DNA of 64,000 nucleotides from Minisyncoccota bacterium (GTDB lineage: Bacteria; Patescibacteriota; Minisyncoccia; JBAYJV01), in assembly GCA_041664925.1 (NCBI GenBank), contig JBAYJV010000002.1, positions 264,302-328,301 on the forward strand, read 5' to 3'. The position numbers and the translations under genes were made by a program. Shown here in pieces: positions 37,848-48,387 of this stretch. The stretch's first letter is position 1. Every line of letters starts with the position of its first letter. The notes beneath the pieces are model-generated. The model worked only from the letters and a program-made list of their open reading frames with translations, had not been told where the DNA came from and ran no database searches.

Positions 37848-38570
37848 ATGTCTAAAGCTTTAATCGTTAACAATTTAGTAAAAAAATATAAAGAAGTTGA
37901 GGCGCTTAAAGGTATTAGCTTTGAAGTGGGCGAAGGCGAAATTTTCGGTCTTGTTGGACCAAACGGAGCAGGGAAGTCAACCGCCTTAAAAATCATTGCT
38001 ACGATTCTTTCTCCAACATCAGGCGAAGTGAATATTTTTGGTTATGACATCAAAAAAGACGCCCAGAAAATTCGAGAAATTATTAGCTATCTTCCCGAAG
38101 AAGCCGGCGCCTATAAAAATCTTACAGGCATAGCATATCTTAAGTTTATGGCAGAAATCTTTGCGGACGACAGGGAAAAACAAAAAGAATATCTTGATTT
38201 TGCTATTAAAATTACTGGCCTTGGCGTACGACTTAAGGATAAAATCAAAACCTACAGCAAGGGCATGACGCGCAAACTTTTGATCGCCCGCACCGTCATG
38301 TCTCGGCCAAAATTAATTATCTTAGATGAACCGACTAGTGGGCTAGATGTTATTAATGCTTATGAAATCAGAAGTATTATTCGCGATCTGGCGAAAAAAG
38401 GAATGAGCGTGCTTTTATCAAGCCACAATATGCTCGAGATTGAGTTTTTGTCGCAAAGAATTGGCATTATCCATGAAGGAAAAATCCACGAAATCGGAAC
38501 ACCTGAAGAACTAAAAAAAGAATATCAAGCCAATAATTTAGAAGAGGTGTTTATTAAATTAAATTCATGA
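37848..38570 (+). CDS. ABC transporter ATP-binding protein (ABC-2 type)
   Basis: Walker A GPNGAGKST, signature YSKGMTRKL, Walker B ILDEPTSGLD. Confidence 0.85.
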   Translation: MSKALIVNNLVKKYKEVEALKGISFEVGEGEIFGLVGPNGAGKSTALKIIATILSPTSGEVNIFGYDIKKDAQKIREIISYLPEEAGAYKNLTGIAYLKFMAEIFADDREKQKEYLDFAIKITGLGVRLKDKIKTYSKGMTRKLLIARTVMSRPKLIILDEPTSGLDVINAYEIRSIIRDLAKKGMSVLLSSHNMLEIEFLSQRIGIIHEGKIHEIGTPEELKKEYQANNLEEVFIKLNS

Positions 38571-39859
38571 AAAAATTCTTAGTATTATTAAAAAAAGAAA
38601 TTCGCGAATTAATCACGCCTCAAATGCTAATACCTATCGTTGTTATGGTGATTATTTTTTCGGTTATCGGAAGCCTGATGAGTAAAGAGACAAAAAAACT
38701 CGGAATACCGCAAGAAATCAATTTAATTGACCAAGATCAAACTCCAACATCCAAAGAAGTTTTTAACATTCTTGAGGCAAGCAATTTTAAGATCAATCTT
38801 CTTAAAAATCTAAGTATTGAAGCAGCGACAAAACAAAAACAAGGAAAAGAAGCTTTATCTTTAATTGTTATCCCGCAAGGTTTTGAAAAAGGGATTAATA
38901 ATTCATCTCCCCAAAAAATTGAAATTTATCGCCGCGTTCAAAGTTTTTCTATTTTATCAGACGTTAAGTCAAGCGGCATAAGTAAAATCGTCAGCCTGAT
39001 TAACGAAACTTTAAGCAATCAGCTGATCAGTAAAAATTCAAAAAATAGCGACCCGCAATTTCTTAAATATCCGGTTACAAGCCAAGATTTTGTCTTAGTT
39101 GGAGACAAAAAAGCCAATATCAGTCTTGATCAATTAAGGGGAACGATTCAATCCCAGGCAGCTTTTGTTCCTGTCATTCTTTTTATGGTTATTATCATGG
39201 CAGCGCAGATGGTCGCATCAACTGTGGCGGCTGAGAAAGAAAATAAAACTTTCGAAACGCTTTTAAGTTCGCCGATTGGCAGGAAAACAATCGTTTTGGC
39301 AAAATTGGTCGGATCAGGCATTGTCGCGCTTTTGTTTGCCGCATTTTATATGATTGGTTTTAGATCGTATATGCAAGGCATTACAGGTGGCGCAACTGGT
39401 CAGGCTAATCCGGCGCTAACCGAAGCTCTTAATACTTTAGGACTTAAAATGGGACAGGAAGGATATTTATTGCTTGGAATTTCTTTATTTATTGCTATTT
39501 TATGTGCTTTGGCAATCGCGATTATCCTCGGAATTTTAGCAGAAGACGTTAAAGGAGTTCAAGTTGTAACAACACCTCTAATGATTCTGATTGTTATCCC
39601 GTATTTCTTAACGCTTTTCTTTGACATCAACACGCTTTCACCAGTCGTAAGATATATCATCTATGCCATTCCTTTTTCCCATCCCTTTTTAGCCTCGCAA
39701 AATATTATGCTGGGCAATATCCTGCCAATTATTTTAGGTATTATTTATCAATTAATTGTTTTTATTGTTTTTGTTGTTATCGCAAGTAAAATTTTCTCAT
39801 CTGACAAAGTTTTGACCATTCGTCTCAATCTAAGAAAGAAAAAGCTCTTCAATCGCTAA
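38567..39859 (+). CDS. ABC-2 family transporter permease
   Basis: N-terminal TM, large extracytoplasmic loop and five C-terminal TMs. ATGA-coupled to the ATPase. Confidence 0.6.
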   Translation: MKKFLVLLKKEIRELITPQMLIPIVVMVIIFSVIGSLMSKETKKLGIPQEINLIDQDQTPTSKEVFNILEASNFKINLLKNLSIEAATKQKQGKEALSLIVIPQGFEKGINNSSPQKIEIYRRVQSFSILSDVKSSGISKIVSLINETLSNQLISKNSKNSDPQFLKYPVTSQDFVLVGDKKANISLDQLRGTIQSQAAFVPVILFMVIIMAAQMVASTVAAEKENKTFETLLSSPIGRKTIVLAKLVGSGIVALLFAAFYMIGFRSYMQGITGGATGQANPALTEALNTLGLKMGQEGYLLLGISLFIAILCALAIAIILGILAEDVKGVQVVTTPLMILIVIPYFLTLFFDINTLSPVVRYIIYAIPFSHPFLASQNIMLGNILPIILGIIYQLIVFIVFVVIASKIFSSDKVLTIRLNLRKKKLFNR

Positions 39860-39931
39860 TTCTTGTCCATTGTGCTTTTTCCGATACATAATGTTGAGAT
39901 AAAAAGAGTAACTAAATAAAAACTAATCTTT

Positions 39932-40801
39932 ATGAATCACGAAAAAGAACCACAACTAGATGTTAATACCGACCCAGAGGCTTTGTTGCCCGAAAGATTA
40001 GATGACGAAGAAGCAAAAAGATTGATTTGCCAAAAAGTTGGCATACCTGAAGAGGAATATTGGGACTATATGAATATGCTCGGCTCAGAAACATCGGAAG
40101 GATTAGCGCCTTATCCATTTAAGACACCAGAAGCGCTAGCAAGGCTTTTACTTGAATTACGCGACAAAATTAGCGATTACGACACAATATTATGCGACGA
40201 TACTAGTGGAAGATTACCGGCATTGTTTTTGAAAAAAATTATGGATAAGAAACACGAAGAGCAAGGCAAAGATCTTGTTAGGTTAGAATTTGTCGCTGCC
40301 GGAAAACAATATAGTCCTCTTTTTGGTGAAATCCGTGAATTTATCAGAGAAAAAAATAAAGAAGAAAATTGGCAGAAAGTTTTGGTTGTTACGGATCATA
40401 TTTTTTCGGGAGAAAGTATGAGAAAACTAGTTGATATTTTAGAAGAAGAAAATATTGATTTTGATATTGCCTCTGTTACTGCATACACAAAAAAACACGA
40501 TGAACGATACGAACATGATCCATGTAATGATCCAAAAGTTCTGCAAAAATTATACTTCGGCTCTTCTGTTAATGAAGACGAAGCAATGGCTGCACCTTTT
40601 TATCACAAACCAAAATATACTGGCGTTACAAAGGATGTTGGATTTGGTCCTACCTCTGCCCACGCAGAAAGAATCGAAGAATCTCTTGAAGAAAGACAAC
40701 AAAAGATTAGAAACAATGAAAAAACATTGGGACAAAAGAAAAAACAAGCACGAAAAGGAATGAAAGATTTAGCCGAAGAATTGTATAAATTAGTAGAATA
40801 A
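39932..40801 (+). CDS. hypothetical protein with phosphoribosyltransferase-like motif
   Basis: KVLVVTDHIFSGESM resembles a PRPP-binding loop. Otherwise unassigned. Confidence 0.35.
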   Translation: MNHEKEPQLDVNTDPEALLPERLDDEEAKRLICQKVGIPEEEYWDYMNMLGSETSEGLAPYPFKTPEALARLLLELRDKISDYDTILCDDTSGRLPALFLKKIMDKKHEEQGKDLVRLEFVAAGKQYSPLFGEIREFIREKNKEENWQKVLVVTDHIFSGESMRKLVDILEEENIDFDIASVTAYTKKHDERYEHDPCNDPKVLQKLYFGSSVNEDEAMAAPFYHKPKYTGVTKDVGFGPTSAHAERIEESLEERQQKIRNNEKTLGQKKKQARKGMKDLAEELYKLVE

Positions 40802-40817
40802 AAAATTATTTTAAACA

Positions 40818-41378
40818 ATGATAAAGTTAAATAAAAAACATGGTCCATGGACAATAAAAACAAGTCAAATAAAATACAAAAATCCATGGATAACAGTCAG
40901 AGAAGATAAAGTGGTTCAGCCTAGCGGTAAATCAGGTATTTTTGGAACGGTAACATTGCAAAAAGGTATATCAGTATTACCACTAGACGATCAGGGATTT
41001 GTATATCTAACTCAAGAATTTCATTATGCTTCAGGTAAAAATTCTTTAGAAACGGTAAGTGGAGCCGTAGAAAACACAGAAACCTATCTCGATGCTGCCA
41101 AAAGAGAATTAAAAGAAGAACTTGGTGTCGAAGCAAGAGAATGGATTAATCTTGGAAGGGTTGATCCATTAACTACTACCGTCAAAGCTCCAGCACAAAT
41201 ATTTTTAGCAAAAGATCTCGCATTTAAGGATTCTCAACAAGACGAAACTGAATTAATAAAAATGGTTAAAGTTAAGCTTGATAAGGCTGTGGATATGGTA
41301 ATAAAAAGCAAAATCACCCATGCACAAAGCTGCGTTTTAATTTTAAAAGCAAAATTGTATTTAGATATAAATAAATAA
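40818..41378 (+). CDS. NUDIX hydrolase
   Basis: Nudix box G.VENTETYLDAAKRELKEELGV. Confidence 0.75.
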   Translation: MIKLNKKHGPWTIKTSQIKYKNPWITVREDKVVQPSGKSGIFGTVTLQKGISVLPLDDQGFVYLTQEFHYASGKNSLETVSGAVENTETYLDAAKRELKEELGVEAREWINLGRVDPLTTTVKAPAQIFLAKDLAFKDSQQDETELIKMVKVKLDKAVDMVIKSKITHAQSCVLILKAKLYLDINK

Positions 41379-41402
41379 TGAATCGTGAAAAGGTATTAAA
41401 AA

Positions 41403-41855
41403 ATGAATCAGAAAATTAATATTATTAAAAAAACGCCCTATAAAATCGATGAAAAATGGCTTAAGAATACTGCCGGCAGAATTTTTAATTTGCTTGAAAC
41501 AAAAGAAAATTACGAATGCGAAATTAATCTAGTTTGCCAGGCAAGAATGAAAGCACTTAACAAGAAATTCCGCGACAAAGATAAGGTTACAACGATTTTA
41601 AGTTTTGTTGCAAGTGAAACAGACGATTTCGTTCTTCCAGCTTCGAAATATCAATACTTGGGCGAAATCTTTTTATGCCCATTGGTCATCCAAAAAGAAG
41701 CCAAAGACCTCGAGATATCCACTAAAAATCACATGACAAGACTTTTGTTGCATGGTATACTACATTTGTTGGGTTATTCTCATGACTCTGAGAAGTGCGC
41801 CCAAAAAATGGAAAAAATTGAAGAAAAAATACTAAAAGAAGTATTAGTCGACTAG
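41403..41855 (+). CDS. ybeY: rRNA maturation endoribonuclease YbeY
   Basis: HGILHLLGYSHD (H3xH5xH) motif. Confidence 0.85.
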   Translation: MNQKINIIKKTPYKIDEKWLKNTAGRIFNLLETKENYECEINLVCQARMKALNKKFRDKDKVTTILSFVASETDDFVLPASKYQYLGEIFLCPLVIQKEAKDLEISTKNHMTRLLLHGILHLLGYSHDSEKCAQKMEKIEEKILKEVLVD

Positions 41856-41917
41856 TGCCTTATGGTTATTAGAGTTTTTGAGTTAAAAAAAGTTAATTTA
41901 TTGGAATATTAAAAAAG

Positions 41918-43147
41918 ATGCGTCAAAACATTGTTGTAGGACTAGACATAGGTTCAATGAATATTCATACTGTTGTCGCAGGTGTTCATTCAGACACTGG
42001 TCGTCTTGAAATTATTACAAGTTTAATTGCGCCATCTCGTGGCATTAGAAAAGGTGTAGTTGTAGATCCCCAAGAAGTAACCGAACAATTAAGGGAAGTT
42101 ATTGCAACCATTGAAAAAAAAGCAGATATTTCAGTTACAGAAGTTTATGTCAGCTTATCTGGAACTCATATAGAAACAAAAACAAGCAAGGGAGTGATTG
42201 CAATTTCACGAGCCGATGGAGAAGTCTCGGATGAAGATATTAAACGAGTCATTGAGGCTGCCGAGACCTTTTCTCTACCGCAAAATCGACAAATCATTCA
42301 TACGGTTCCTCAAGATTTCTCTGTTGATAAAGAAACTGGCATTGAAAATCCTAGGGGCATGACGGGAGTGCGGCTAGAATTGAATGCTTTGGTTATTGAA
42401 GCATTCAAGCCTCATATTAAAAATATAAAGGAATGTTTAGAGAGAGCTGGTATAAAAAAAAGTCATTTAATCTTCAGTCCGCTTGCATCAGCAAAGGCAT
42501 GTCTATCGAAACGCCAGAGAGAATTGGGAGCTGTTGTCGTTGATTTTGGCAGCTCTACTACTGAGATTGCTGTTTATGAAGAAAATGTAATTCGTCATGC
42601 GGCAGTATTGCCGATTGGATCAAGTCATATCACCAATGACATTGCTATTGCATTTAAATTACCCGTTGACCTAGCTGAGGCTCTTAAAATTAAGTATGGA
42701 TCAGCCCTTGAGAGCGCGGTTTCAAAAACAGATAAAATTGATTTTAAAAAGTTCGGCATTCAAGAAGAAAAAATTGAGAGAACAGAGCTAGCAAGAGTTA
42801 TTGAAGCTCGTGTTCAGGAGATTATGGAGCTAATAAATAAAGAATTAAAACTAATCAATCGCGAAAAAATGCTTCCGGCGGGTGCTGTTTTTGTCGGTGG
42901 CGGAGCAAAATTAAGCTATCTTGTAGAATGTGCCAAAGAGGAATTGGGACTTCCAGCACAAATCGGCTATCCTGTTGAGATTGAGGGGTTGATTGATGAG
43001 GTTAATAGCCCAAACTTTGTTACTGCCGTCGGTCTGATTAAGTGGTCACGAGAACTTTATCATGATAGATCGTTAAATAAACACGACGATACTTACAGAA
43101 AGTATTTCAAAAAAGGCAGAGAATTGTTTAAAAATTTAATGCCATAA
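41918..43147 (+). CDS. ftsA: cell division protein FtsA
   Basis: Actin-fold N-terminus VVGLDIGS. Sits immediately upstream of ftsZ. Confidence 0.85.
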   Translation: MRQNIVVGLDIGSMNIHTVVAGVHSDTGRLEIITSLIAPSRGIRKGVVVDPQEVTEQLREVIATIEKKADISVTEVYVSLSGTHIETKTSKGVIAISRADGEVSDEDIKRVIEAAETFSLPQNRQIIHTVPQDFSVDKETGIENPRGMTGVRLELNALVIEAFKPHIKNIKECLERAGIKKSHLIFSPLASAKACLSKRQRELGAVVVDFGSSTTEIAVYEENVIRHAAVLPIGSSHITNDIAIAFKLPVDLAEALKIKYGSALESAVSKTDKIDFKKFGIQEEKIERTELARVIEARVQEIMELINKELKLINREKMLPAGAVFVGGGAKLSYLVECAKEELGLPAQIGYPVEIEGLIDEVNSPNFVTAVGLIKWSRELYHDRSLNKHDDTYRKYFKKGRELFKNLMP

Positions 43148-43546
43148 GTTATTTTTGAACGCTATCGTTTATAAAATTTGTAAGTGCTTTAAATGAAGAA
43201 TGCCCGAAAAAATCGGGTATTTTTGTTTTGAAATATAAAAAAATAAACTAAATAAAATCTGGTGTGTTTTTGTTTTGAGTTATAAAAATAGATGAGAGGT
43301 AATTTTTAACATGGTGTTTTAAAAAATAAGTTATAAAAAAACATGGTTTATCCATAAGTTATCAACAGCTTATCCAGAATACCCTATAAATATGTTTTTC
43401 TTAAGATTTGTATTTATTATTAAAAGAAGTATAATGTCATTATAAGAAGTGATTTTTTAACTAGAAATTAATTTTATCGGTTAAAATTTTACTAAAACTA
43501 AATGAAGATTAGTCTTCATATAAACCTGTAGTTGTAAATTAAAAAT

Positions 43547-44704
43547 ATGCCTTACATTAAACCTGATATAGAGACTTTTGCTCGTATCAAGGTCATTGGT
43601 GTAGGAGGGGGCGGTAATAATTCAGTTACCCGTATGGTGGAGGCTGACATCAAGGGAGTTGAATTTGCCGCAGTTAATACTGATGCCCAACAATTGCATC
43701 ATGCGAAAGCTTCAACAAAGATTCATATCGGCAAAAACCTGACGAAAGGATTAGGCGCTGGAATGAGTCCAGAAGTTGGTAGACAAGCTGCTGAAGAAAA
43801 TAGAGAAGAAATTTACGAAATTGTTAAGGGAGCTGATATGATCTTTATTACCTGTGGTATGGGTGGAGGAACCGGAACGGGAGCTGCTCCAATTATTGCT
43901 GAAGCCGCTAAGGATGCTGGCGCTTTAACTGTTGGAGTAGTAACCAAACCTTTTAGTTTTGAAGGTAAAAAAAGAGAGTCTATTGCCAATGCTGGATTAG
44001 CAGTTCTTAAGGATAAGGTTGACACTCTGATAACAATACCAAATGACAAAATCTTTCAAATAATTGATGAAAAGACCTCATTACTTGATGCTTTTAGAAT
44101 TGTTGATGATGTCTTACGTCAAGCTGTTCAGGGAATTTCAGACCTCATCACTCTTCCTGGTGTTATCAATCTGGATTTCGCTGACGTAAGAGCAATTATG
44201 GCTAATGCTGGATCTGCTTTGATGGGTATTGGTAGGGCTGAGGGAGAAAATAGAGCAATCGAAGCAGCTAAGGCTGCAATCAATTCACCATTACTCGAAG
44301 TTTCCATTAATGGAGCTAAGGGGGTACTCTTTAATATAACGGGTGGACCTGATCTTGTTATGCAGGAAGTTAGCGAAGCAGCTAAGATCGTGACTGAGTC
44401 AATTGATCCTAATGCAAAAGTGATTTTCGGCGCAGTAGTAAGTGATGACATAAAGAAAGGAGAAGTTAAGGTGACTGTCATAGCTACTGGCTTTGAAGGT
44501 TTTCGTTCTTCTGATCAACCAGAATTAATTCACACAAGTGAAAATGAGGAAAATAATTCATTTCTCAATGAAGAAAATCATGATCAAGGATTTATGAAAT
44601 CACAGATTGACCTGAGTGTAAATCAAGTAAAGTCAGATTCTGAGGAAGAAGAGTTTGAGGTTCCGGCTTTTATTCGTAATCGCCTTAAAAGAAGAAACGA
44701 ATAA
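43547..44704 (+). CDS. ftsZ: cell division GTPase FtsZ
   Basis: GVGGGGNN and [10 protein letters not shown] tubulin signature motifs. Confidence 0.95.
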   Translation: MPYIKPDIETFARIKVIGVGGGGNNSVTRMVEADIKGVEFAAVNTDAQQLHHAKASTKIHIGKNLTKGLGAGMSPEVGRQAAEENREEIYEIVKGADMIFITCGMGGGTGTGAAPIIAEAAKDAGALTVGVVTKPFSFEGKKRESIANAGLAVLKDKVDTLITIPNDKIFQIIDEKTSLLDAFRIVDDVLRQAVQGISDLITLPGVINLDFADVRAIMANAGSALMGIGRAEGENRAIEAAKAAINSPLLEVSINGAKGVLFNITGGPDLVMQEVSEAAKIVTESIDPNAKVIFGAVVSDDIKKGEVKVTVIATGFEGFRSSDQPELIHTSENEENNSFLNEENHDQGFMKSQIDLSVNQVKSDSEEEEFEVPAFIRNRLKRRNE

Positions 44705-44842
44705 TTCTAAAAATAAGTAAATCCATAAAGTTATCTTGGTTCTATTCGTGGGTATTGCATTAATTTTAAAAAGTAATATAATGGAGCGGATGGTTATTTT
44801 TTTCGACCCTATGTTTTTGTTTTAAATATCTAATTTAATTTT

Positions 44843-45823
44843 ATGGCCCACGAAATTAATCTTCCTCAAGCTCAAAGAGTCACGCAAAAAAATGATAACT
44901 TAGCAACTATCCAAATTGATGGTTGTCATCCTGGATATGGCATTACTTTAGCAAATGCCTTAAGAAGAGTTTTATATTCATCTTTGCCAGGTACTGCAAT
45001 TGTTGCCTTTAAGACAAAAGGGATAAATCATGAATTTTCCACTATTCCTCACGTAATAGAGGATATTATCCAAATAGGACTCAGTTTAAAAAAAGTTCGT
45101 CTTTTATCAAATGAAAATCTTATAGATAAACAGGTCCAAGCAACGCTCAAGATAAAAGGGGAAAAAGTTGTTAAGGCAGGGGATATCCAGACTCCATCGG
45201 GTATAGAAATAATCAATAAAGACTTAGTTATAGCTACTTTAAGTGATAAAAAAGCAGAACTAGATATGGAAATTTTCATATCAGGAGGATTTGGCTATGA
45301 AAGGGTTGAGGATCGACAAAAAGAAAAGTTATCTATTGGGACAATTGCACTCGATGCGTTTTATTCTCCAATCACAAGAGTTAATTACAAGATTGAGGAT
45401 ATGCGTATTGGAGAAAGAACAGATTTTAATCGCGTTATTATGGAAATTGAAACTGACGGATCAATTGAGGCGTCCGAAGCTTTAAAAAATGCTAGCGCTA
45501 TTCTTAGGGATCAATTTGGTTTTTTGGCATCATTCAAAGAAGCATCATTATTAAAAACAAAGAAGGCTTCAAAAACAAAAAAAGAAACAGTACTAGAAAA
45601 AAAAGGCAAAGACTCAAAAAAAGAGTTGCCTAAAGCAAAGATAGAAGATCTGGGATTAGAAGAAAGGGTCGTAAAATTATTGGAGGAAGCTGGTATAAAA
45701 ACTATCAGTGTTTTGACAAAAAAAACAGAGTCTCAAATTAAAGAAATCAAGGGAATTGGAGATAAGGCTGTTTCGACTATTAAAAGAAAACTTAAAAAAA
45801 TTGATCTTTCATTTAAATCTTAA
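44843..45823 (+). CDS. rpoA: DNA-directed RNA polymerase subunit alpha
   Basis: N-terminal domain conservation (GYG.TLANALRRVLLSSLPG) and C-terminal domain. Followed by rplQ. Confidence 0.85.
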   Translation: MAHEINLPQAQRVTQKNDNLATIQIDGCHPGYGITLANALRRVLYSSLPGTAIVAFKTKGINHEFSTIPHVIEDIIQIGLSLKKVRLLSNENLIDKQVQATLKIKGEKVVKAGDIQTPSGIEIINKDLVIATLSDKKAELDMEIFISGGFGYERVEDRQKEKLSIGTIALDAFYSPITRVNYKIEDMRIGERTDFNRVIMEIETDGSIEASEALKNASAILRDQFGFLASFKEASLLKTKKASKTKKETVLEKKGKDSKKELPKAKIEDLGLEERVVKLLEEAGIKTISVLTKKTESQIKEIKGIGDKAVSTIKRKLKKIDLSFKS

Positions 45824-45829
45824 TAAAAC

Positions 45830-46216
45830 ATGAGAAAAGGAACAGGAAGAAAATTTGCCAGAAAAAGAGATCAGCGTCGTGCTCTTAAGAAAAGCTTGGC
45901 AGTTGGCTTGATTACTCGAGGAACCATTAAAACAACTCTCGCAAAGGCAAAAGAATTAAGACCATATATAGAGCGTTTAATTACCAAGGCTAGAGTCGGA
46001 AATATTGCTGATTTTCGTCATATTTTACGCTATTTACCAAGAACCGCCGCTCGCAAGCTCTTCAAAGAAATCGCTCCTAAATTTAGAGATGTCTCAGGTG
46101 GTTACACTCGTATAATTAAAGCAGGCAAGAGAAAAACTGATTGTACCCCTCTTGGGATAATTGAATTTGCTTATAAGAATATTGACAAACATGAGTCAAG
46201 TAAAGAAACAAAGTAA
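45830..46216 (+). CDS. rplQ: 50S ribosomal protein L17
   Basis: L17 signature (RKLGR-like MRKGTGRKF...RAL, ITTL.KAKELRP..E.LIT). Confidence 0.85.
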   Translation: MRKGTGRKFARKRDQRRALKKSLAVGLITRGTIKTTLAKAKELRPYIERLITKARVGNIADFRHILRYLPRTAARKLFKEIAPKFRDVSGGYTRIIKAGKRKTDCTPLGIIEFAYKNIDKHESSKETK

Positions 46217-46577
46217 TCAAAAAGATAATAAAACAATCATTGAATTAGATGCAAAGGGTCAAAGTTTGGGTAGAATTGCAACTCAGATTGCTTTTTTACT
46301 AATAGATAAAAACAAACCAAGTTTTGCTCATAATATATCAGGAACTAATTTGGTTAGAGTTAAAAATGTTAAAGAAATAAAATTTACAGGCAAGAAGCTG
46401 ACTTCTAAGATTTATTTTCACCACACAGGACACCCAGGAGGATTAAAGGAAATTCCCCTAGAAACTCTTTTTAAAAAAAATCCAGAAGAGGTTTTAATTC
46501 GAGCCGTAACTGGAATGCTTCCAAAAAATAAGCTTAAGGATCAACGCATCAAAAGACTAATCTTTGTTAACGATTAA
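46191..46577 (+). CDS. rplM: 50S ribosomal protein L13
   Basis: DAKGQSLGRIATQIA motif. Start chosen at MSQVKK; the track start 46161 overlaps rplQ further. Confidence 0.85.
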   Translation: MSQVKKQSNQKDNKTIIELDAKGQSLGRIATQIAFLLIDKNKPSFAHNISGTNLVRVKNVKEIKFTGKKLTSKIYFHHTGHPGGLKEIPLETLFKKNPEEVLIRAVTGMLPKNKLKDQRIKRLIFVND

Positions 46578-46584
46578 GTAATTT

Positions 46585-47025
46585 ATGAATTCATTACCTA
46601 AAACAATTACAAGTAAAAAGTTTTATCAAGCTGTTGGCCGTCGAAAAGAAGCGGTTGCTCAAGTTAGATTATGGACTGCAAATCCTGAACAATCTGCCAA
46701 AACCGGTCATTTTTTTATAAACGATAAACCGTGCAATGAATATTTAAATAATGATATTAGTCTTATAAAAACAGTTCAATCTCCATTGGAAAAGATTAAA
46801 TCTGAAGAAAAATTTCTGATATCTGCTAAAGTAAGTGGCGGTGGAATACGAGGTCAGGCCGATGCTATTAGACATGGTCTTTCTAGAGTTCTGGTTGAAT
46901 TTTTCCCAAATTTTCGCAAGAAACTTAAAAAAGCAGGGTACCTCACAAGAGATGCTCGTGTTGTAGAAAGAAAGAAATACGGACTTAAAAAAGCACGAAG
47001 AGCACCTCAATTTTCGAAACGATAA
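46585..47025 (+). CDS. rpsI: 30S ribosomal protein S9
   Basis: GGG..GQA.A...G..RAL motif and C-terminus KKYGLKKARRAPQFSKR. Confidence 0.9.
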   Translation: MNSLPKTITSKKFYQAVGRRKEAVAQVRLWTANPEQSAKTGHFFINDKPCNEYLNNDISLIKTVQSPLEKIKSEEKFLISAKVSGGGIRGQADAIRHGLSRVLVEFFPNFRKKLKKAGYLTRDARVVERKKYGLKKARRAPQFSKR

Positions 47026-47039
47026 TTCTTGTTATCTCC

Positions 47040-48335
47040 ATGAAGAAAGAACAATTCATCATTCACGGTGGAATTCCCCTAAAAGGAGAGGTAGAATTAA
47101 GAGGATCAAAGAATGCTGCCACACCTATTCTGGCAGCTACTCTTTTAACTAAAAAGCCCTGTGTCATTGATAATATCCCTCTTATAGAAGATGTTTTTCG
47201 CATGTTAGAGCTTCTTGAAAGTATGGGAGCAAAGGTTCAGTGGTTAGGTAAGAGAAAAGTAAAAATACATAATGACAAAATCGATCCTAAAAAATTAGAC
47301 GAAAGTATTGTCTGTCAGTTGCGCTCGTCTGTTTTATTACTTGGACCCATCCTAGCTCGTTTTAAAAAAGTAACCCTACCAACCCCTGGTGGTTGCGTTA
47401 TTGGCGCCAGATCTTTAGATACCCATTTAATAGCTCTAAAAGATTTTGGTGTTAAAATTAGGGGTGTTTCTGAAAAATACTCTTTTGAATTAAATGATCG
47501 TACTCTTGAAAAAAATCACGATATTATTCTCAAGGAATTTAGCGTTACTACAACAGAGAATGTTTTAATGTTTGCGAGTCTTTTGCCAAAAACAACTATT
47601 GTGAGATTAGCCGCAAGCGAACCTCACGTTCAAGACCTGGCTCGCTTTCTTGTAAAAATGGGGTCACAAATTGACGGAATTGGCACTCATTACCTTACCA
47701 TTAAGGGAAAAAAAGATCTCGGAAGTGCTGAGTTTTGCCTTTCGCCTGACTATATTGAAGCAGGTACATTATTGATAGCCATTGCAGCTACTAAAGGACA
47801 AGCAACTGTGAAGAATGTCAGAATTGACCATATCGAAGCAATACTCTACAAGCTCAGAGAAATGGGCGTAAGAATGAAAATCAAACATAAAAAAAATAAT
47901 TTTGCAGACGTATTAATACTTCCAAGCCGAGCTTTAAAAGCAAGCACCATACAAACCCTTCCTTATCCTGGACTTCCTACAGATATTCAAGCTCCTTTTG
48001 GTATATTAGCCACTCAGGCCACAGGCACAACCTTAATCCATGATCCTATGTACGAAGGAAGATTGCGTTATGTATCAGAGTTAAATAAAATGGGTGCTAA
48101 TTGTATGCTCTCCGATGCTCACAGAGCTTTTATTGTAGGACCAACTCCGTTGTATGGAAATTACATTACAAGTTTTGATATCCGTGCTGGAGCAACCTTG
48201 CTTATTGCAGGACTAATTGCTAGAGGAAAAACTGTGATTGATAATATTTATCAAGTTGATAGAGGATATGAAAAAATTGAAAAACGCTTAAGGAAAATGG
48301 GGGCAAATATTAAAAGGGTTCGGTCTGTGGAATGA
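47040..48335 (+). CDS. murA: UDP-N-acetylglucosamine 1-carboxyvinyltransferase
   Basis: N-terminus GG.PL.GEV...GSKNAA.PIL and overall length. Confidence 0.9.
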   Translation: MKKEQFIIHGGIPLKGEVELRGSKNAATPILAATLLTKKPCVIDNIPLIEDVFRMLELLESMGAKVQWLGKRKVKIHNDKIDPKKLDESIVCQLRSSVLLLGPILARFKKVTLPTPGGCVIGARSLDTHLIALKDFGVKIRGVSEKYSFELNDRTLEKNHDIILKEFSVTTTENVLMFASLLPKTTIVRLAASEPHVQDLARFLVKMGSQIDGIGTHYLTIKGKKDLGSAEFCLSPDYIEAGTLLIAIAATKGQATVKNVRIDHIEAILYKLREMGVRMKIKHKKNNFADVLILPSRALKASTIQTLPYPGLPTDIQAPFGILATQATGTTLIHDPMYEGRLRYVSELNKMGANCMLSDAHRAFIVGPTPLYGNYITSFDIRAGATLLIAGLIARGKTVIDNIYQVDRGYEKIEKRLRKMGANIKRVRSVE

Positions 48336-48387
48336 TGCGCTATAGATTTTGTGAATTGACTCATGCATATATATAATAATTAAGAAA

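Noticed and set aside
40455-40763. 102 aa + ORF nested in a different frame inside the 39932 gene
   Set aside because: Out-of-frame internal ORF with no independent signals.
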